34,435 nt of DNA from Toensbergia leucococca (lineage: Eukaryota), in assembly GCA_022813965.1 (NCBI GenBank), contig JALDZS010000003.1:310001-344435 (forward strand), given 5' to 3'. Below, one piece after another: positions 22,684-34,435 of the stretch. Under the pieces are notes generated by a model, which saw only the letters and a list, made by a program, of their open reading frames with translations, ran no database searches and was not told the origin of the DNA. Position 1 is the stretch's first letter, and every line of letters begins with the position of its first letter. The translations under genes were made by a program, and so were the position numbers.

Positions 22684-23278
22684 ATGCATCTAAACATCGT
22701 CGTCTTTTTTTTCGCCATACTCGTACCTTTAATTGATGCTCAAGCCTTACCCGAATGCGCGGTAAGTACATCCACGTCTCCCTACCGCTCCCCCCCAATT
22801 CTGATATACCAAACCCACGTCAAGACAGCTTGTATCGGCCCCGCCATCATAGCCGGCGGGTGCGGTAGCATTTCCAATGTATCGTGTCTTTGCAATGGTA
22901 CAGGCTTTAACGAAGCCGTCGGCCCCTGTGAAATTCAAGGCTGCGATGCATCCGACTTCAAGAGTATGGACTCCATCTTGAAATTAACAGGATTACTCCC
23001 CCGAAATCTGCGGCTGCTCACCTTTCTTCCCCTTAGCTCTCTTCGCAATCGCCTCAGCGTTATGTAGCCCTTATGGCTCATGGATAGGCTCCAATGGCAC
23101 CCAGAATACGACGACCACGTCCAACGGGACCATCGTGGGTAATGGAACCTCCATCGCACCATCCAAACCGACAAGTGCTCCGGAGCCCTTTGCTGGAAAT
23201 GCCGCTTTGATCGGTGGTAATTGGGTGACTCTTTCAACTATCGGAACGCTGGCCATGTTTTTCACCGTATTCATGTGA
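22684..23278 (+). CDS. Secreted, probably GPI-anchored CFEM domain protein, ~152 aa. Exons 22684-22761, 22825-22963, 23037-23278
   Basis: Signal peptide MHLNIVVFFFAILVPLIDAQ. Eight-Cys CFEM pattern LPECA-TACI...GC...SCLC...GPCEIQGC...ALC. Ser/Thr stalk with NGT sequons. Hydrophobic tail AGNAALIGGNWVTLSTIGTLAMFFTVFM*. Introns 22762-22824 and 22964-23036. Confidence 0.9.
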
Positions 23279-24190
23279 ACTCTAGCCAAGGAATTTCCCG
23301 TTTGATTCTGTGGAATGGAATTTGGCTTGACATTTTTCAACGTTTTCCGCCATTTTTCCCCTCAGAATTCCATGGCGTCGATAATCCTGTGCATTTACAA
23401 TTTCCTCTTTACCAGAGGTTGTAAGTAGAGTGGTATTGTCGCATACAACCCATTATTGATCAAATCGGCATCTCAATTTTTGAGAAAGACATAGCTCAAA
23501 AAGTATTCTGCCAAAATACTTGGTGAGAAAAGCTTCAGATCTGCACCAAGGCAATTCTAATTACAGACTGCCACACCGGCAACGACGAGGACTTCAACTT
23601 TTATCACCTGCACACGGCCACATACTCGCTCGATTGAGTATGTTTGGAAAATCCAAGAAAATCTTTGCTTCATAGATGAATCATAGCAATACCGTCCCCC
23701 CAAGTAATGGTCAATTGACTGCCTTAATATTTTAGCGACTTACGAGGGCAAGGGCTTGATCTATCTACCCCACGGTCCGATGTTAGGAATGCGTGTAAGC
23801 AGCGCGAAGGATTTGCGTCTTCTGACATCTCATTTTCAGCTGTGGCACGATGTATTACTTCCACCGTGACATTTTTGGCTGCGACCAAGTAGGCTTGGAA
23901 ATGTTCTTTGCTTACTTTGCCTCTGTTCTTGGAGTCCGCCTTGCAGTTGAGATTTCAAGGTCTCGCATTCACCTATGGAGTATACCTTATCTCATGGAGA
24001 CTCTCCCATCTCTCTTTGATAATTATTCGAGCCGCGTGGTCCGTGGTGCAGCACATAAGGGCTGTTACAAAAGTCTCTCATAGTCTAGTTGCCTTCATGC
24101 GTATTCGGCGCCCGTTTATGGTCCTGCCCGCTTTATGTATTGCTGCTGTTTTATTTAATAACAAGGTATTCAAGTTATTTTTGCGACATC

Positions 24191-25555
24191 ATGTCTGCCG
24201 ATTTTCTTTCGAACGTATCTTACGCTACATCTGGAGCTCTAATTGCTGCAGAAGTGGTTCTTCCTATATTGCCCATTATTGTCGGGTTTTTAAGGCTCTA
24301 CAGAATGTCCTTACAGAAGGCGGCGGCGTGGGTGTATGACTGGATGACTCTACCGGCCTTGGTAAGCAAGAGTCTGTTCCAACAATGCGAGGCGGGCTTC
24401 ATAGGGACGCCGGTTGGGGTATCTAACCCCTTTACCAGCAGCGGAAAGCTCAGAGACTACAGCGACGTAAATATCTGCTCCGAGTACCCTAGCTCAAAAC
24501 GTATGCATAAAGCTCTATATGCTTCTGCAGCGCCTGATTGATTGTCTTCACGGACGAAAATGTTAATCTTGCGTTAGGTTGAGTAACCCTTTAACTGCAA
24601 CAAGCATTGACCCTGGGATTGGTCAAGCTTAGCATCGTTGGTGTCATAATATTCTACCGCCGCATCTGATGCACCTTTGATTATCTAGGTACATTACCAA
24701 AGTTACTATCAGTCTCACCGTAGCCTAGACTTTCTTTGCTCTGCTATTTCAGCGTGGCACCCGCTGGCATGGACTGAGTAACGAGCAGCTCGCTACTGTT
24801 TGCCATTGAAAATATCTGATCCATAATGGCTTTGCAATATCGGACTTTTTTACTTATACCATTGAGATATTACAGATCTCTGAGGTCAGGAGTCCCTTTC
24901 TTGGCACTGGCAAGTTTTATTCCGTTCAGGCTCAAGCTCACAGATTGTGTACATAGATCTGGAAGCTCCACACAACACTTCGCTGAAAGTTTGGTGTCAC
25001 CAGTGTCTTCCTACTAGGGGCGATGTACACGAATCCTCGACCCCATAAGTCTAGACGTTCAAAGCTGATTGCATGTAGAGCATTGGCGGCGTCTATCGTA
25101 AGAATGGTAATCTTCATCAAAGCCCTTCACGGTCAGAGCTCTCCAGCTGACATTTCTCCTCCCAGACCGTTTGGCTGATCCAAACCTCCAATTGACTTTG
25201 ACAGTCGCGTAGATGCGGACGGTAAAGCTCACTTTTGATCTCAATCTGATGAAGCTTCGCTAAAGCTTCATCAAGTGTAAATGTAGTATGTCTCTGTTGG
25301 AGCATGATTGAATGAGGCCTCGCTCTGATCGCCGTCTATGTCTCGACTCTTTGGTTTCTCTTTAGAAAATTCTCACCAGACGCACTCGACAGAAGCATCC
25401 GTAATGTTTTCTCTGCACAGTCACTTACCTTAGGCCGCTCACGTCGTCCACTGCACGTAAGACTTGATAAGCAACACAGCAATTCCAATTCGTCTCATAT
25501 TCACTTCTGCAAAATGAAACAGATGGGAATTGAGACTGATGCTATGGGACGCTAG
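24191..25555 (+). pseudogene. Pth11-like (fungal rhodopsin-domain) 7TM integral membrane protein pseudogene
   Basis: Family-like segments appear in order: VVLPILPIIVGFLRLY...VYDWMTLPAL, LGLVKLSIV...FYRRI*, GFAISDFFT, IWKLHTTLR*KFGVTSVFLLGA, AASIVRMVIF, WSMIE*GLALIAV...LFRKFSP. In-frame stops at 24584, 24667, 24984 and 25313. Confidence 0.82.
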
Positions 25556-26351
25556 CTGGCCTAGAGGAATCTGAAGTTGCTAGGAGGCTAAATCATAGCC
25601 CAGAGTCAGCCCAGAGTCAGATGTTACACTCTGGGGACTCGGTGTGAGTTATTGAAAAGACGCAGCCAAATGGGGTTATACTGCGTGATACTTTGGATGT
25701 GATGAATTTGATGCATGTTTGGAATTTTTGGCGCCGAGGACCTACGATATGGCTTTTCTTTGCTCTTGCATTGAGCACAGTTTAATGCATAAATTGATTG
25801 TAGAGCAGGATACAAAGAGGGAGCAACTGTACTTCAAGCCTCAACTTCTGATTGCAATTGAGAATATTTTGAAGCCGGCATCGAGCTGTGTGAAAGTAGG
25901 GCCCGTGGTACGTTTCAAAAAGGAGACTCTACCTGGGCAAAGCATAAGTGGCTACGGAGTATACAGTCCGGTCTTCTCAATGAGTGGCCACAGCAAAGGC
26001 TGGAGTAGCTGTAGAGGCGCAGAGCAGATAAACTGCTGGATGGAAGGAAATAGGAACGAAACAAAGTTTGGTGAAGGAAATAGAATAGAATGTCAATGAC
26101 GTATTCTAGGGCTGCGGCTAGTCTTTACTCTAGACTATTCTCTTTCAGGGAAACTGGCAGCCAAGAAAGCCAAGAAGATACGCATTGCGCCATGTGCCCA
26201 CTTCAACTTTTAATTCTAAATCTTCTGCCCAAGATGCCACATCTTGTGGGATTCATTCCTGTACAATCTTACTTGCACCAGCTGTAGACATAGCTGTGCC
26301 TTGCTTTGAATTACACTATCCGGAACTCCCAATTGATCCCCCGGCGCCAGA

Positions 26352-28688
26352 ATGGTGCAGTGGAGGAAACTCTTCAGTCTTGACAGCAACCACTTCCAAG
26401 ATGAGGTGCGTCGTCATCGTAAGCTCACAATGTGCTCTACTTGGAGAGAACTAACATCCAATGCAGTCCTCCCCTCCCACTCCGACGACCTACTTCAATC
26501 GGCTATATCTCCTGCCCATGTCACCAAAGTTGCCCTGCGCCTGAAATACCAGATTGAACAAGTCATTCCCTGCGAGCTGGAAGAATGGAAAGTCACCAAA
26601 GCCAATAGCCCCGTCATTACCCACAAAGTTGTCCGTACTGCCAAAGAAGCGGGCGGTAAAGAACACCAGGCATGTGTTGTGTATTGCCTGCTGGTCTGCT
26701 ATCGATGGTTCAAGCGGCAAGCGGCAATGGAGTTATGGGATGCAGATCTACTTCATGTTCGGGCAACGGCATGTGAAGTACTAGCCAAGATCATGTTTGT
26801 ATTACCATCTCTCCAAGCGCTGATGTTGGCCCCCATGAATGAAAACTCGCTGACCTCTCCCTCTGCAGTATTGAAACGGAACAAGACATCGACTACCTAC
26901 TTCAAGAAACCCTTCTAAAGCGATACTCGATCCTCATTTCCGAGGAAGCAACTGTTCCTGCCAACGTGATCGAGCGTGCAGTCGACCTCCACGCTCTTCG
27001 TGTCATTGGCTCCAGTGGCTATCAAAAATGCATCTCGTACCTCTGGCGCGGTTGGCTCGTTCAAGATGACCTTGATCCAAGTATCTTCATTCCCTACACC
27101 GATAAAGCAAATGCTTCGTTCTGGGTACACTTTAACCCAGATCGTATGCGTGCTCCAAAGTATCAAAATGCCGTTCAAATTTTCTTCAGCGTTCTATTCC
27201 TAGCTCTTTACACGGGCGCCATTAATACCATCAATAATACTGGAGACCTAGACACCGTTGAAGGGATCCTCTATATCATGACTGCCGGATTCATGTTTGA
27301 TGAAATCTCCAAACTTTCAAAGATTGGTCGATACTACATAGGATTCTGGAACGTCTTCAACAGCACCCTTTATGCTCTCCTGACTGTCTCTTTTGTCACT
27401 CGACTCATCGCTTTTGGCCACCCTGTTGGCGATGATCAACGTCACAAATTCAATGAGCTCAGTTATAACTTTCTAGCTTTTAGCGCCCCCATGTTTTGGA
27501 TGCGACTGCTTCTATACTTGGATACTTTTCGATGGTTCGGTTCAATGCTCGTAGTACTGAAAGTGATGATGAAGGAATCCCTCATCTTCTTCGCTTTGCT
27601 TGTCATTGTCTGCATAGGATTTTTACAGGCCTTTGTCGGCATGGACCAGGTGGACAATAATGCAAAGGCTACAAAATTCATACTGCAGGCCATGGCAAAT
27701 AGTGTCATGCAAAGTCCAGACTTTTCTGGTTTCGATGAATTTGCGCCCCCATTTGGGATAATTTTGTATTACATGTAAGCACGACCATACTCTTCTCCAT
27801 AGAGGAACAATGGCTAATACGCGATCAAAAGCTATACATTTGTTGTCATGGTCGGTATGTTATTTCGGAAAAGTTTTCATCAAAAATCTATCCTTTCTTT
27901 GGATGAGATTTGTTTTTGTACTCGAAGACATATACTAACCAATTGATATAGTACTTTTGAACATTCTCATTGCATTGTACAATAGCGCGTATCAGGATAT
28001 TACCGACAATGCCATAGATGAGTACATGGCTCTCTTCGCCCAAAAGACGATGCAATTCGTTCGAGCTCCAGACGAAAACGTTTTTATAGCACGTGAGTCA
28101 CTATCCCGTTGAGTAATTGGTTTTCATCATCTTCTTTTCAACTTCTACTGTCCCCTTGGTCTTTTTCGAGCTGATATCTATCACGAACGTCGTACAAACG
28201 GTCTACTCTCATCATTGAATCACACTTATTCCATTATTATCTGACATTGTCTCATCCCTACTATTTTACCTTCGTCATTAACAATCCCCCAAGCATTCAA
28301 CCTCATCGAAATCTTCCTCCTCATTCTCCCTTTCGAATGGTGGCTCCCCAAACCCCGTTACGAGCGCTTAAATAACTACGTCATGGGCACCATCTACTCC
28401 CCCCTTCTCCTCCTAACCGCCTACCTCGAAGCCAAAGAAGCCAAGCTCGTGAGATGGAATCAGCGCCATGGCGAACAGGACGATGATACCACCGAGGAGT
28501 GGGAGCAGATGTCTGGAGAGGTGGACTTTGAGGCGGAGGGTTGGACGAAGATTGTTGAGGGGTCGAGACCGAATGTTGAGACTGATGCTGCGGTTTTGGA
28601 GATTAGGGAGCTGAAGGCTAGGGTTGAGGATTTACGGAAGGTGGTTGTGGAGTTGGTGAGGGAGAGGGATGGGTTGGGGGGGGATTGA
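26352..28688 (+). CDS. YVC1: Vacuolar TRP-type cation/calcium channel Yvc1, ~619 aa. Exons 26352-26418, 26467-26794, 26869-27774, 27832-27854, 27952-28092, 28294-28688
   Basis: KVALRLKYQIEQVIPCEL, VIERAVDLHALRVIGSSGYQKCISYLWRGW, RMRAPKYQN, FWMRLLLYLDTFRWFGSMLVVLKVMMKES, LLNILIALYNSAY, FVRAPDENVFIAPFNLIEI. Five GT-AG introns give a continuous 1860-nt frame. Confidence 0.96.
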
Positions 28689-28851
28689 GTTGAGGGGTTT
28701 TCTGGGGGCAATTTGTTTCTTCGGTTTTTTTGTTTGGCCGGTATGGTGAAGCGCCGTGCCTTCTAATCTGATTATTGGCTTACGATAGTATGGTCTGCAT
28801 GCACGGAAGAGGTGTTTTTTGTTTCTGTTGATATTGAGACGCGTGACCGTT

Positions 28852-29278
28852 CAGAGAGATGCAAACAATCTCATCTCACTATCTCATCCTCAAGCTCTCT
28901 ATCTCTCTCTCACTAGAACATTGATTCTCAATCCCTCAACTCAGCCCTCAACATCAGACATCTTATCTCATCTCTGCAAATTCATCTCATTAATCTCATG
29001 TTAATTAGATTCTTTCTTGTCATCTTTTCAGACCCTTCTCTCACTCCCTTCACACATCTAAGGATTTTTATCTCAATTGAAATCAAGTCAAGTGTTCAAA
29101 CATTATAACTTTTTTTTTATTTTAAGTGATGAGAGTGCAGATATCATAATATCAATAACATACTGACAGATTTAGACTAGTGTCTTAATATGTTATTATA
29201 TTAATATGCATGTGTATTACTTGTAAAATGTTATTATTGAATCATATTTACTTAGACATCAATAACTCAGTTGCATCA
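28852..29278. mobile_element. Mutated repeat relic, possibly a DNA-transposon (hAT-like) terminus
   Basis: CpG is lost abruptly from 28852. The segment begins CAGAGAGATGCAAAC and carries repeated ATCTCAT(CTC) motifs (~28868, 28881, 28965, 28984, 28993) that resemble subterminal repeats. The family assignment is inference. Confidence 0.35.
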
Positions 29279-32200
29279 TGTAATGAGAATGATATGCATA
29301 AAATAAATAGTTACTTTATGATAATATGATATGAATATAAGAGTAAGACACAGAGAGTCTAAAAGTACTCATATGACTCTTATATGCTTATCTTGACTCT
29401 ATTTTCCTATGCATCTATTCTTTTAAATAAATAAAGACTATAACTTTATAATAAAGCTGACTTCTTAGCTTTTAGTTTGAATAGTATACACACTATACAA
29501 CTATTAACTATTTCTTCTATATATACAGTCACATTGTCTGAAATCTCTGACTTAATCTCTTATTCAATATAATGTCTAAGTCATTACATTTTAAAAGCTT
29601 TATTCTATAAAAAAAAGGTGATTTATCTATAATATAAAAGAAATTACACAATTAGACTTCTTTTATAATTTCTTAGTTACTTAAAGTGAGTCATTTATAT
29701 TATATTAATGAGTCAGTAATGTCTTAATTAAGATCACTAACTCTGCTTCTGCCTTTAACTCAGAGTTAAATGACTTAAATAGTATAAACAATCTAAGTAA
29801 CTTTAATAATGCTCAGCATAATAACAATCAGATTATATCTCTGACTAAGAAAGAGTTTACTATTACTCAGCAGTAACTCAATGCTTTGCATTAATAAGAT
29901 TAATATAATAAGATGCAGAAAAAAATCTATATCTTTAAAGAAAATCAATAAATGTCACACACTAATAAGACATATAACACAGATAATGTATCTCTTAATG
30001 ATATATAGAGTTGAAATTAACTTTCTTTACCTTCAGTTCATTAATTAAAAACTGATGCCTTTTTACTAATAAAGCACACTCTTTATCTGAAAGATTCAGA
30101 ATTATGCTATAATAAGAATACTTAAGAGCATTTAAATTTTATGCAAACTACAAATAATGTCTTTAGTCTAATCTCTGATAACTTTCTGTCAGATAATAAA
30201 AAAATTCTCTAAGTCATGCAGTTTATTCAAGATAATGTCTAAAATATTTAATTTTAGCATATAAAGAAATTAAATTCTAAGACTATTATGTAAGACTATT
30301 TTTTACTACTTGCTAAATCTTGTAGAGAATCTGATAAATTAAGATCTTTATATTAAGCAAAAGTATAAGAATGTAAAGCAGCAAAAGAATCAATCAGTTT
30401 ATAATTTTAATACTTATCTTTCAAAACTAAAAGCTTAGCTCAAACCTTTTACTAAAGAGTAAAGGGTTTGACAGTTGCTATTAAAATAATATCTTAAAAT
30501 TAAAAATAAAAATTGAAAATATGAAGATTTGTTAATTACTAAAAATGAATTAATAGTAACAGTTACTTACTTAAAGAATAGTTAGAGACCTGATATTTTT
30601 TTACACTTAAAGAATAAGATCTTAGTAAAATTATTCAATAAATAAGGTAAGCAATCACAGCAGTCTTTCTTTTCTGTCTTTATAAGTTTTAAAAAGTGAA
30701 GTTCTTTTAGTGCTTACAAGCAAATGCAAGAAATGAGTAATATTGATTAGATCAAGTTTAAAAAGACAAGAAACTTAGATTCAGAGAAAAAGAGTTCTCT
30801 CATATATTATAGCTGCAGTAAGATAGATTATCTTAAATCTGATGACTCTAATAAAAAAAATCCTCATATCTAAATAATATGCTTATCAGAGTCTTAAAAA
30901 GTCTTAAAAAAGAATAAGACTCATTAAAGAATTAATAATAATAGAGTCAAGGTAAAAAGTCAAAGCAATTCTTCTTATAATTACAATTAATAAGAGAAAG
31001 ATAAATAAAGTTCTGCAGTTTGCAGAGACAATGCTAAATATAGAGTTGTCTTTAAACGTAATAAGTTAGCGCTTTATTATTACTCATCAAAATTTTAAGC
31101 TTGATGTAAATTTATTACTTCTTAAGTTTTTAAATAAGCATGAAGTCTATGTCTATAATACTTATAGCATTTAGATAATTTTCTTGAATAGTTAAGACAA
31201 TAATCATATTATTGAATAAATTTTCTACATTATTGATCAAGAGAAAAAGTCTCTTATTCTGAGCATGTTAAATCTAACACAGAAGAAGATTCACATTAAT
31301 GTGACTATAAGATAATAATGATTTAAAGTTAATAGATTTATAATAAATATTTAAAAAGTGAAAGAATTTACTGATTTCTTTACTGATGAGACATATGTCT
31401 TTACACTCATAATATATAAGACTTATAATTCAGATAATATAATACTAAGTAATATTAAAATTATTGTTAAAACTTCTGTTATTTCTTATAAACTTCTAAA
31501 GTATAAGGATTTATCTTTAACAAAAAATGCAGAAAAGCTCTCTGAACATAAGAGTAGTGATTATATAATAGAGATCACTGATAGTAATGTATTATCTTAT
31601 AAATTACTCTATAATCTTTTTAACACTAAGCTTATAATGTTACAAAATTATATAGATAAAGTCTTAAAAAAAGACAGAATTTATCACTCTGTTAGTTCTA
31701 CAGAAGCCTCAGTTCTCTTCATATGAAAGAAGAATAAAGATCTGTGATTATGCATTAATTATAAAAAACTGAATAAGATAACTATTAAGAATCATCATTT
31801 ACTATTACTTATTAGTGAAATTCTTAACTGCTTAAATGATATAATTATATTTACTAAGTTAGATCTAAAAGATGCTTATTATAGAATTTAAATCTAAAAG
31901 AATAATAAGGAAAAGACAACTTTTCATATATATTATAATTACTTTAAGTATATGATTATGTTATTTAATCTGATTAATGTATTAGTGAGTTTTTAAGCTT
32001 ATATTAACAAAGCTCTTATAAGCTTAGTAAACATCTTTTATGTTATTTATTTAAATAATACAATAATCTTTTATAAAACAGATGAGAATCACTAAAGACA
32101 CATTTATTAAGTCTTGAAACAGCTTTAAGAATTTAAATTATATGTCAGTTTGAAAAAATGTGCTTTTAGAGTTAATAAAACCAAGTTTTTAGAGTTTATT

Positions 32201-34320
32201 ATAAGAATTGATAACATTTCAATGAATTTAATCTGAGTAGTTATTATTAAGAAATAATCTGTTTTAAAGTTTTATAAGAAAGTGCAGATCTTTCTTAACT
32301 TTATAAACTTTTACTAAAGATTTATACATTACTATTCTTAAATAGCTAATTCTTTAATTGATTTATTAAAAGGTAGCAAAGCAAAGATAAAAACAGATTT
32401 ATTATCTGATCAGAGAAAGCTTTAGTAATATTTTACTGTCTTTATAATAAATTTATAAAAGCATTTATTCTTTGTTATTTTGACTTAATCTTAAAGATCA
32501 GAGTTAAAACTAGCACTTCTGATTACAGTCTTGCTAAGATAATTTCTCAATTGCAAAAGATTAGTACCTGACATTCTATTGTTTTCTGATTAGAAAAATT
32601 GCTTCTTCTAAAGTAAAACTATAAGATATATAATCAAGAGCTACTCATTATAGTAGTGTCATTTAAACATTAGTAATATTATCTTGAGAAAAGTAACTAT
32701 CTCATTAAAATATTATGTGATCATAATAATCTAAAAGATTTTATAGATATTAAGCAATTAATCAGTTATTAGACATGATGAGTCATGTATTTAACTGCAT
32801 AAGACTTTACTATAACACACTGATTAGATAAAATAAACTCTGTTAATACATTATTAAGATGTCTAAATTATGAGATAAAAAAACATGCTATAAATAAGTT
32901 ACTTTTTACTCCTTAATATAAGCTATTTCTTATGAGAGATCTTATGTATAATCTTTGAGATTTACAAAAAGCTTACTAAATAAGTTTCTTCTAAGACTTA
33001 AAGATTCTTAAATAGATTATATGTTTAAGATTTATAATCAAATGTTTACTGTAGATTACAGATCTTTTCTATTAAAGCGCAATGTAATATTTAATGTGTT
33101 TAACTCTGTTGCTGAAACTGCATCTGTAAAAAGTTTTTTTACTATTATCACTACTAAAAATTGCTTTGACTACACTCACTATATAATCACTGTAGTCACT
33201 GTAGTGAACTTACTATCATTGCTACAGAAAATTGCTTTAACTATTATTACTATCAAAAGCTGCTTTAACTACAGTCATTATATTGACATAATTAATATAG
33301 TATTATAAGATAATGTTATTATATTAAGTCTTGTTTACATTCTACCTTAGCGCAAATGTGAACTCTTTTATAAATAATTTATCATTTTTATCTATTATTT
33401 TTATTTACTTGTATTATTTTTATCAACTTTAGTTTTTTATCTACTCAATCAATTTCTAATTTGAGTTATTATACTAATAATAATAATGCATAGAGAAATG
33501 TGACAAATGATCATACAATTTTATCTACTATTCTTCTCTATCTACTTAATTAATTTTATGCTTACCTGATTTAAATTATCAGTTAATAATAATGCTGCAT
33601 AGAGAAACGTAATAAATAATCATACAATTTTACTGACTATTCTTTTTCATCTACTCAATCAATTCTATACTTACTTAATATGAGTTATCATGATAATAGT
33701 AATAGTGACTAGGAAAATGCAACAAATGACTATACAATTTTATCTACTATTCTTCTTTATTTACTCAATCAATTTTATAATACTCACATAGTTTAATTTA
33801 TCATGCTAATAACTAGTTATAATACTTAGAGAAATGTAACAAAGAATCATACAAAGTATATATTATCTTCAATTCTTACTTGATTCTATACTCAATTTCT
33901 TAGAATTAGATATATACTTTATAAATAGATATAGTTTATATATAGATAATGCAATTCTTGTATATATGACTATAAATTACTGATATTAATAATATTAATG
34001 ATATTAGAAATATAAGTAATATAAGTAATAATAGTTTTAATACTTGACTACAGTTACTATGTAGTAATAATAGTGACTATCATTACTATATTGCAGTCTA
34101 CTTTACTACAGTGACTACAGTGACTACAGTAACTACAATATAAGAGAGTCTTTAACTTGTTTAACATATTTAAGAGCATTGTATCTAATCATAAATCTGT
34201 CTTTATAAGTGAGTTTTAATCAAAGATATATTACTATATAAAGATAAAATGCAGATTAAGCACTGCATTTTACTCTTAAATAAATAAGCAAACTAAATGT
34301 TAAAATTAAACATTAAAGCA
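29279..34320 (+). mobile_element. RIP-like mutated Ty3/gypsy LTR retrotransposon relic (gag, RT, RNase H, partial integrase)
   Basis: Degenerate RT L*LCINYKKLNKITIKN...FTKLDLKDAYYRI...YLNN (YLDD with G-to-A changes, 32048-32059). RNase H KTSTSDY...NYKIYNQELL...FKH**YYLE (~32500-32700). Integrase core KSIVSNHKSVFISEF...RLSTAFYS*INKQTK (34143-34320). Gag zinc-knuckle remnant at ~30800-30850. The order RT-RH-INT indicates gypsy. Many stops. The 5' LTR is tentatively 29279-29453 and this boundary is uncertain. Confidence 0.92.
33440..33856. repeat. Degenerate tandem repeat, ~110-bp unit, about 4 copies, inside the gypsy pol region
   Basis: The motif TAG(A/G)(G/A)AAA(T/C)G..A.AAA..A..ATACAA recurs at 33491, 33600, 33710 and 33827 (spacing 109, 110, 117). 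Confidence 0.8.
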
Positions 34321-34435
34321 TGTCAGGAACTGGGCTTAGGCAAGAACAGCACAGCTGTATCAGGGGTTTAGGAACTATGATAAGGCTTGATCTATGTACT
34401 GAGTACTATACAGGACGAAAGACGAAGGAAACAAG
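34321..34435. mobile_element. Probable LTR terminus of a second, younger retroelement inserted into the integrase gene (runs off the window)
   Basis: Integrase-like coding stops abruptly at 34320. The following sequence starts TGTCAGGAAC (TG.. as in LTR termini) and is more GC-rich, with GG and CG dinucleotides intact. Confidence 0.55.

Noticed and set aside
25598..25621. Short direct repeat AGCCCAGAGTC x2
   Set aside because: A simple 11-bp slippage duplication with no associated structure.
31358..31726. 122-aa ORF treated as a host gene (likewise 33021-33308)
   Set aside because: Stop-free remnants within the mutated gypsy relic.
33440..33856. CRISPR array or ankyrin-coding repeat
   Set aside because: The context is eukaryotic, whole units are similar with no unique spacers, and the periods 109/110/117 do not keep a reading frame.

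Overview
Eukaryotic genomic DNA from a filamentous ascomycete (Pezizomycotina-type genes with short GT-AG introns). Conserved housekeeping genes are a 5'-truncated SEC7 Arf-GEF, a short two-HKD phospholipase D, eIF2-alpha (SUI2, with a 9-nt microexon) and the vacuolar TRP channel YVC1. Between SUI2 and YVC1 lies an accessory-looking stretch. It holds an 831-bp long-TIR non-autonomous DNA transposon and a head-to-head pair of HeLo-domain genes, one with a HeLo plus degenerate kinase-like (MLKL-like) architecture. It also holds a probable decayed gene, a GPI-type CFEM gene and a Pth11-like 7TM pseudogene. A 53-aa Cys/His-rich microprotein gene with a 5'UTR intron (9595-9756) falls below the ORF-track cutoff. 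The right end is a heavily C-to-T/G-to-A mutated (RIP-like) nest of transposons: a Ty3/gypsy relic, an inserted repeat-rich segment and the start of a younger LTR. The best candidate for an undescribed system is the divergent HeLo gene pair, a putative cell-death/allorecognition module. All domain calls come from motif recognition by eye and all exon structures are manual predictions.
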